Made by a program: the position numbers and the translations under genes. The notes beneath the pieces were generated by a model, which did not search any database, had not been told where the DNA came from, and saw only the letters and a program-made list of their open reading frames with translations. This document shows, in pieces, positions 59,210 through 64,000 of a stretch of 64,000 nt of DNA (its first letter is position 1; each line of letters starts with the position of its first letter). The stretch is taken from assembly GCA_963850905.1 (NCBI GenBank), contig CAWKMU010000003.1:64001-128000 (forward strand), read 5' to 3'. The stretch is from an uncultured Gemmatimonadales bacterium. GTDB lineage: Bacteria; Gemmatimonadota; Gemmatimonadetes; Gemmatimonadales; Gemmatimonadaceae.

Positions 59210-62200
59210 CTAATACGGCAACCCAAACGTCACGTACAAGTCCACCGGCGCCGCGCCATAGTACTGTCGGTTCGCCAACGGCGCCCCCACGCCCAGCCGC
59301 AGGCGATACGGCACGTCGTACTGCAGCGACGTCACGAAGTTGAGCTCCGCCCCGACCGAATGCATCAACCGACGCTGGGCGTCCGGCGCAGCACACACGG
59401 TCGCCAACACGCCGCCCGCGTTGGGACACCACGCCTCGCCGACGTCCGTGAATACCGAGAGCGATGTCGTTCCCAGAAACACCGGCAACAGGTGCCACCC
59501 CCGACCGGCTTCCCACAATGGCGCCCGATATTCCAGTGATCCCTCGAACGCCCGCGTCCCCTGCGCTGACCCGAGTGGATAGCCCCGCACGCTGAACACC
59601 TGCGGCTCATCCCCGACGGTGAAACCCGGCACGATCTGCAGCGTCTGCCCGCTCCGACCACCCGCCGTGAAGGTCGAGATCGCCCCGGGGTTCTCCAGTC
59701 CGATCGCCATTTGCGTCGCGAGCACGTGATGCGCAAATCCCGGCAGCGGCAGCGACTTGTACGCATCGAAAACCCCCACCACGCTGCGCTCGGTCGTCGT
59801 CTCCGCCGCGTCCTGCCAACGGATCCTGCCCGTGCCGCTCAGGGCAATCCCGTCCTCAGGCGAAATCGCGAGGTCCGGCGTCCGCGCGTTGGTCCACGCA
59901 ACCGTACTGAAGACGGACGGAAAGTTCGGACGCGATGCGTAGAAGGGATCGATGTCCGCCAGCAGCCCGCCCGGACTCGTCGAGTAGTTCCGGAACTCCC
60001 AGGCGACCCCAATGGTCCACGACAGATTGGTCCGGAAACGGGGCCGCAGCAGCGTCGCCGCCAGCGATGGCGTGATCGTGCTGTGCGCTAGAAGTCCCAA
60101 CGTCTGACCGTTCGGATTCGCGATCCGATCGTGCGTCCAGAACTCCTCCGCCCCGACGTCGATCACCGGCAGCCCCAGCCCACGGTACTCGTACGCCCCG
60201 GTCCACTCGACCTGCGACGGCTGCCGAAAATCGTACAGCGCCTGCAACGCATACGAGTGCCGCTGCAACACGTCGTTCGCCGACGTATAGACCCCGACCT
60301 GAAAGAATCCTTGGTCGGAATAGTCCGCGACCGGCATCCAGTAGCGCGGAATGAGACCGCTCCACGGCGAGTAGCGCGTCGACGGCATCGTGTCGCGCGT
60401 GACAGGCGGCACGACGACGGAGTCCACCGGGTCCACCTCAGGCGGCACCGCGAATGTATGCGTCGGATCATACGGTGCCACCGCGACGTGATCGCCGTCC
60501 CCCCGCATCGCCACCAACGCCACGTACCGCCCATCGGGCGACACCGCGGGCTCCGAGACGCCCGCACCATAGCCGCCGACCAGCGTGACCGACGAATCGA
60601 CCGCGCGCTCGAGCGATCCTTGGTACAGGTCCGGACGCCCCGCTCGATCCGAGGTGAATAGCACGTATCGTCCATCTGGCGTCCACGCCGGACTCGAAAC
60701 GACCGCGCGCTCGAGCGGGAATGCCCGCACCAGCGCGCCCGTCGTGTCGACGACGACGATGTCCATGTAGCCGCCCCGCTCCCACCGCACCGCCGCGATC
60801 CGCGTCCCGTCCGGGGACCAGTGAGGCTGGTACCACTCCGTGTCGATCGCGAAACGCGTGATCGGCAACCGATTGCGCCCGTTGTGCGACACGAGCGTGA
60901 GCTGCGTCGACGCGCCATGCACCCAGACAGCGACGATGCGCCCATCCGATCGCACATCGGGATTCGCCAGACGCCCCCCGTCGGTCAGCCGCACGTCGTG
61001 CCCGTGTGCGCTCCGATAGAGATCCATGCGCATGTCGTATGGCGATGTGTACTCGAGCTGCGAGTACACCACGCCGTCGGCGGTCGGGACGTTGTAGTTC
61101 ACGCCGTTCCGCCGTCCCACCCGTGCCTCCTCCCCCGTGATGCTGACTTCGTACGCCCCGGGCACTTCGCGCTCGGTATCGGTCCCATAGATCACATGCG
61201 TCGAATCCACCCAACGCGGATACTCCGCGTCGTATCCCTCTCGACTCAAGATCCGCAGCGCCAGCCGATGCGGGTCGGCCAATGTCGCCGCCGCATGCGT
61301 GACGGAATCGCGCCAATGACGCCAGGCATCCTCGAATGACACCCCGAAGACTTGATGCGAGACGTGATCCAGGAGGTACGGGATCGCCTCGCCGCTGCTT
61401 TGCTCGATGAACGCAGGCACCGTCGCGGCCCCGCGTGTCTCGGCCAGATAGTTGAAGAGCAGTGAGCCGTAGACGTAGGGACCATCACCATTGGGCCACT
61501 GCGGCGCGATCAGGCTCACTTGATCGAGCCGCGGCAACGAGCTGTCGGCCGCCGCCGCCTCGGCGATCGTGCGGTGCGCACTGCTATTCAACCGGCCGAA
61601 TCCCGTCAACCGAGACTCGTAATAGACCGCCAGCCCCTCCGTCACCCATGCGGGCGTGTAGAGGTTGGGCATGAACACCGGGTTGCGACCGAAGATGTGT
61701 TGCGCGATTCGCCACCACCCACGCGCCCGATCGAGATGGAACACATGCGTCAGCTCGTGCTGCACCAGCAGCTGGTTCCAATCGCCGTAGTAGCGCAGCC
61801 CCGATGCGTCGACCGGTGGATACGCGTACAGAATGATGCGATTCGTCGGAAAGGGCGTGGTTTGACCATTGGAGTAGTCGACGTTGTCCGCGAGCACGAT
61901 GTCGATCGGGCCGCGCGGCGGCTCGAGCTCCGCCGCCAACAGGCGGTAGGCGCGCTCGGCGTTGGCCGCGGTACGACGCGCCTCGTCCTCGAGGTCCGGA
62001 TTGAAGTGCACGCGGAAGTGCGCCGTGTGGAGCGTGCGCCAATGCGCGCTCGGATCGACCTGCGCATCGAGATGAGCAGCGCCAAGCACCAGCCAGGCCA
62101 GGCTCGCGACGATCAGCCAAGCCCCGGTGATGCACGGGCGGCCAGCGACGAACCGCTCCGGTCGAGCGGCCGCCGTCGCGGCGATTCGCCGCTCGCCACA

Positions 62201-62212
62201 CCGCGGGCGCAC
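59210..62212 (-). CDS. Outer-membrane protein: HExxH metallopeptidase-like domain + TolB-like beta-propeller + Omp85-like barrel
   Basis: HELTH...EGLAVY; repeated P.WSPDG/WTPDG/SPDG; VRGY and LEYR.P barrel motifs; aromatic C-terminus. Confidence 0.8.
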   Translation of the reverse strand: MRPRCGERRIAATAAARPERFVAGRPCITGAWLIVASLAWLVLGAAHLDAQVDPSAHWRTLHTAHFRVHFNPDLEDEARRTAANAERAYRLLAAELEPPRGPIDIVLADNVDYSNGQTTPFPTNRIILYAYPPVDASGLRYYGDWNQLLVQHELTHVFHLDRARGWWRIAQHIFGRNPVFMPNLYTPAWVTEGLAVYYESRLTGFGRLNSSAHRTIAEAAAADSSLPRLDQVSLIAPQWPNGDGPYVYGSLLFNYLAETRGAATVPAFIEQSSGEAIPYLLDHVSHQVFGVSFEDAWRHWRDSVTHAAATLADPHRLALRILSREGYDAEYPRWVDSTHVIYGTDTEREVPGAYEVSITGEEARVGRRNGVNYNVPTADGVVYSQLEYTSPYDMRMDLYRSAHGHDVRLTDGGRLANPDVRSDGRIVAVWVHGASTQLTLVSHNGRNRLPITRFAIDTEWYQPHWSPDGTRIAAVRWERGGYMDIVVVDTTGALVRAFPLERAVVSSPAWTPDGRYVLFTSDRAGRPDLYQGSLERAVDSSVTLVGGYGAGVSEPAVSPDGRYVALVAMRGDGDHVAVAPYDPTHTFAVPPEVDPVDSVVVPPVTRDTMPSTRYSPWSGLIPRYWMPVADYSDQGFFQVGVYTSANDVLQRHSYALQALYDFRQPSQVEWTGAYEYRGLGLPVIDVGAEEFWTHDRIANPNGQTLGLLAHSTITPSLAATLLRPRFRTNLSWTIGVAWEFRNYSTSPGGLLADIDPFYASRPNFPSVFSTVAWTNARTPDLAISPEDGIALSGTGRIRWQDAAETTTERSVVGVFDAYKSLPLPGFAHHVLATQMAIGLENPGAISTFTAGGRSGQTLQIVPGFTVGDEPQVFSVRGYPLGSAQGTRAFEGSLEYRAPLWEAGRGWHLLPVFLGTTSLSVFTDVGEAWCPNAGGVLATVCAAPDAQRRLMHSVGAELNFVTSLQYDVPYRLRLGVGAPLANRQYYGAAPVDLYVTFGLPY

Positions 62213-62219
62213 CGTCGAC

Positions 62220-64000
62220 TCAGCGCGCGGGCGGAGCTGACACGGACACGGCTGGCGACGCCGGGGCCGGCGCCGCGGCCGGCACAGCCGGGTGAAGCTC
62301 GGGTGGTGATTCGAGTCCCAACTGGCGGAAATAGGCAGTCAATCCATCCGCGACGCCCTGCGCATATCGCGCCTGAAAGCCCGGCGTCCGTAACGCCGCT
62401 TCTTGCTGAGGGATGATCACGAACGCCCCCTCGCACAGCACGGCCGGCATCCAGGTCGGTCGCACCACAGCAAGATTGTCGTAGTGCACGCCCAGGTCCC
62501 GGAGACCCATCGCCTCGACCATCCCGGCCTGGACCGCACGCGCCAGGGCGAGGGACTGCGGATGGAAGAAGTAGCTGCCCGTCCCGTGTGAGGTGAACGG
62601 ATTCATCCCGTCCGGCAGCGCGTTGAGATGGATCGACACCATTGCGTCGACATTCGCGCGTCGGGCAATGACCGGGCGTGACGTGAGGGCAACCGCGTCC
62701 TGCGTCGTGCGCGTCATGACGACCGTCGCACCCCGCGCGATGAGCATCCCTTCGAGCTGCTGCGCGATCGCGAGCGTCGGCAACACCCTCGTAAAGTCCC
62801 GTCGGCCCCGTCGACCCCGCCGGCGGATGCCCCGCATCGACGGCGATCGTGAGACCGCGAAGCGGCGCGGCAGGGTCGACCGTGGGCGGCCGGCGAACTC
62901 GCAAGACGAATCCGGTCGGCGTCCAGAGCACGAGATAGCCGAACGGCGCACGCGACAGGTGCACGGTGTACCGCGCACGATCCGTCATGACCTGCGTCCA
63001 TGTGACATCCCGCACCAACGTGTCGGGCGGGCCCGGCACTTCGCCGAGCCGACCGACGTACTGAATCAGATCCGTCGAGGCCTGCGGTACCGTAGAACGT
63101 GACGTCGAGGTCGTCGCCGTTCTCTTCGACGAGATAGGGCGGCCGGTCGTCGACGGCGAAGGTGACGTCCACCCAGTCCTGCGCCGGGACCACGCGCACG
63201 ACCTCAATGACGCGGTGCGGCGGGACCCGCACGCTGCCCCCTGGCGGTGGGCCGGCAACGAGCGCAGTCGGTCCCATGCCCGGTGGCGAGGGCGAAGGCG
63301 GCGCAGGGGGAGCCACAGAGGGAGGTGGAGGCGCATGTGCCGGTCCCCCCGGCTTCGGCGAAACGGGTCGCGTGTCCGATGCGTATCTCTTCCCACCGCC
63401 GGCTGCAGATACAGGCGGCGATGCTCGGTCATCAGTAGATGGCGAGGCGCCGGATATCTGTCGTCGAGATCCAGATATCGAGCGCGTCGTCCAGTCGCAC
63501 GCGCTCGTAGCCGGGGCTGCGGCCGGTCACCTCCACCAACGTCCCCGGAAGGAGAAACCACTTGTACGTCCCACCTGGAATCGGTCGGCCGATGACGAAG
63601 CGATCCGTATCTGGCAGCGTCGTGTCCCGTGCCGCCAGCATGACGAACCGCCCGCTGTCGGGGAAGGGCTGGTCGAGCGCCAGCGTCGTGGACATCGCCG
63701 TCGAGTCTGCCAAAGCGGCGCGCGACGGCAGGAGCCGCACCGGATATGACAGACGGCTGGTGTCGGAGCCCACCACCGCTACGAGGTCGTACTGGGGCTT
63801 GGCGCTGTCAGGGACGGGGAGCCACGCCAGGAACGCCCCATTCGGCTCCACCGGCACGGCATAACCGTTGATTATGAGGGTGGCGTCGCCCGTGCCGACT
63901 GACCCTAAGATGAAGTTCGAGTCTCGCGTCTCAATGAGTGCATTCGGATGCGGATAGACCACGCTGATCGACAGTGGCCCAGTCACGTGCGGAATGGCCG
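62220..64000 (-). CDS. N-acetylmuramoyl-L-alanine amidase (Amidase_3), 5' end outside the window; several frameshifts
   Basis: VDAGH, MTR, SIHLNA, NLAVVR, AVLCEG; frame changes near 62785, 63085 and 63435. Confidence 0.85.

Overview
This is a high-GC bacterial chromosome segment; the gene content suggests Gemmatimonadota, which is an inference. Bases ~1-8745 are an integrated mobile element abutting the 3' end of a tRNA-Ile(GAT) gene (8745-8818, minus strand). It carries a tyrosine integrase with a coupled excisionase-like gene and a small two-tyrosine HUH rolling-circle Rep. Its other genes encode a HEPN (R-x4-H) nuclease, an HEAGH M41-like peptidase, membrane/secreted proteins, further HTH proteins and a small hyper-acidic protein with its own promoter and terminator. 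An identical 19-bp tandem motif (candidate integrase arm sites) occurs near both ends, and I saw no capsid, Zot-like ATPase or conjugation genes. The rest is mostly core chromosome: typA, tandem TMTC-like glycosyltransferases, pilT, a CDF transporter, a CorC/HlyC protein, an M28 peptidase, pdxA, two PPIases, mfd, BatA/DUF58 and lepA. Then come a GT9-ROK-PfkB-GHKL kinase-STAS/wHTH-DPBB cluster, a transsulfuration enzyme, ftsEX-envC, nfo, pckA, an HD hydrolase, a histidine kinase, intein-containing class II RNR (nrdJ), a peptidase/propeller-Omp85 protein and an amidase. Intergenic DNA carries two families of GTAG-type REP palindromes and 7-bp tandem repeats. Many single-base frameshifts in unrelated genes suggest indel errors in the assembly rather than true pseudogenes. 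All calls come from reading motifs by eye; no searches were run.
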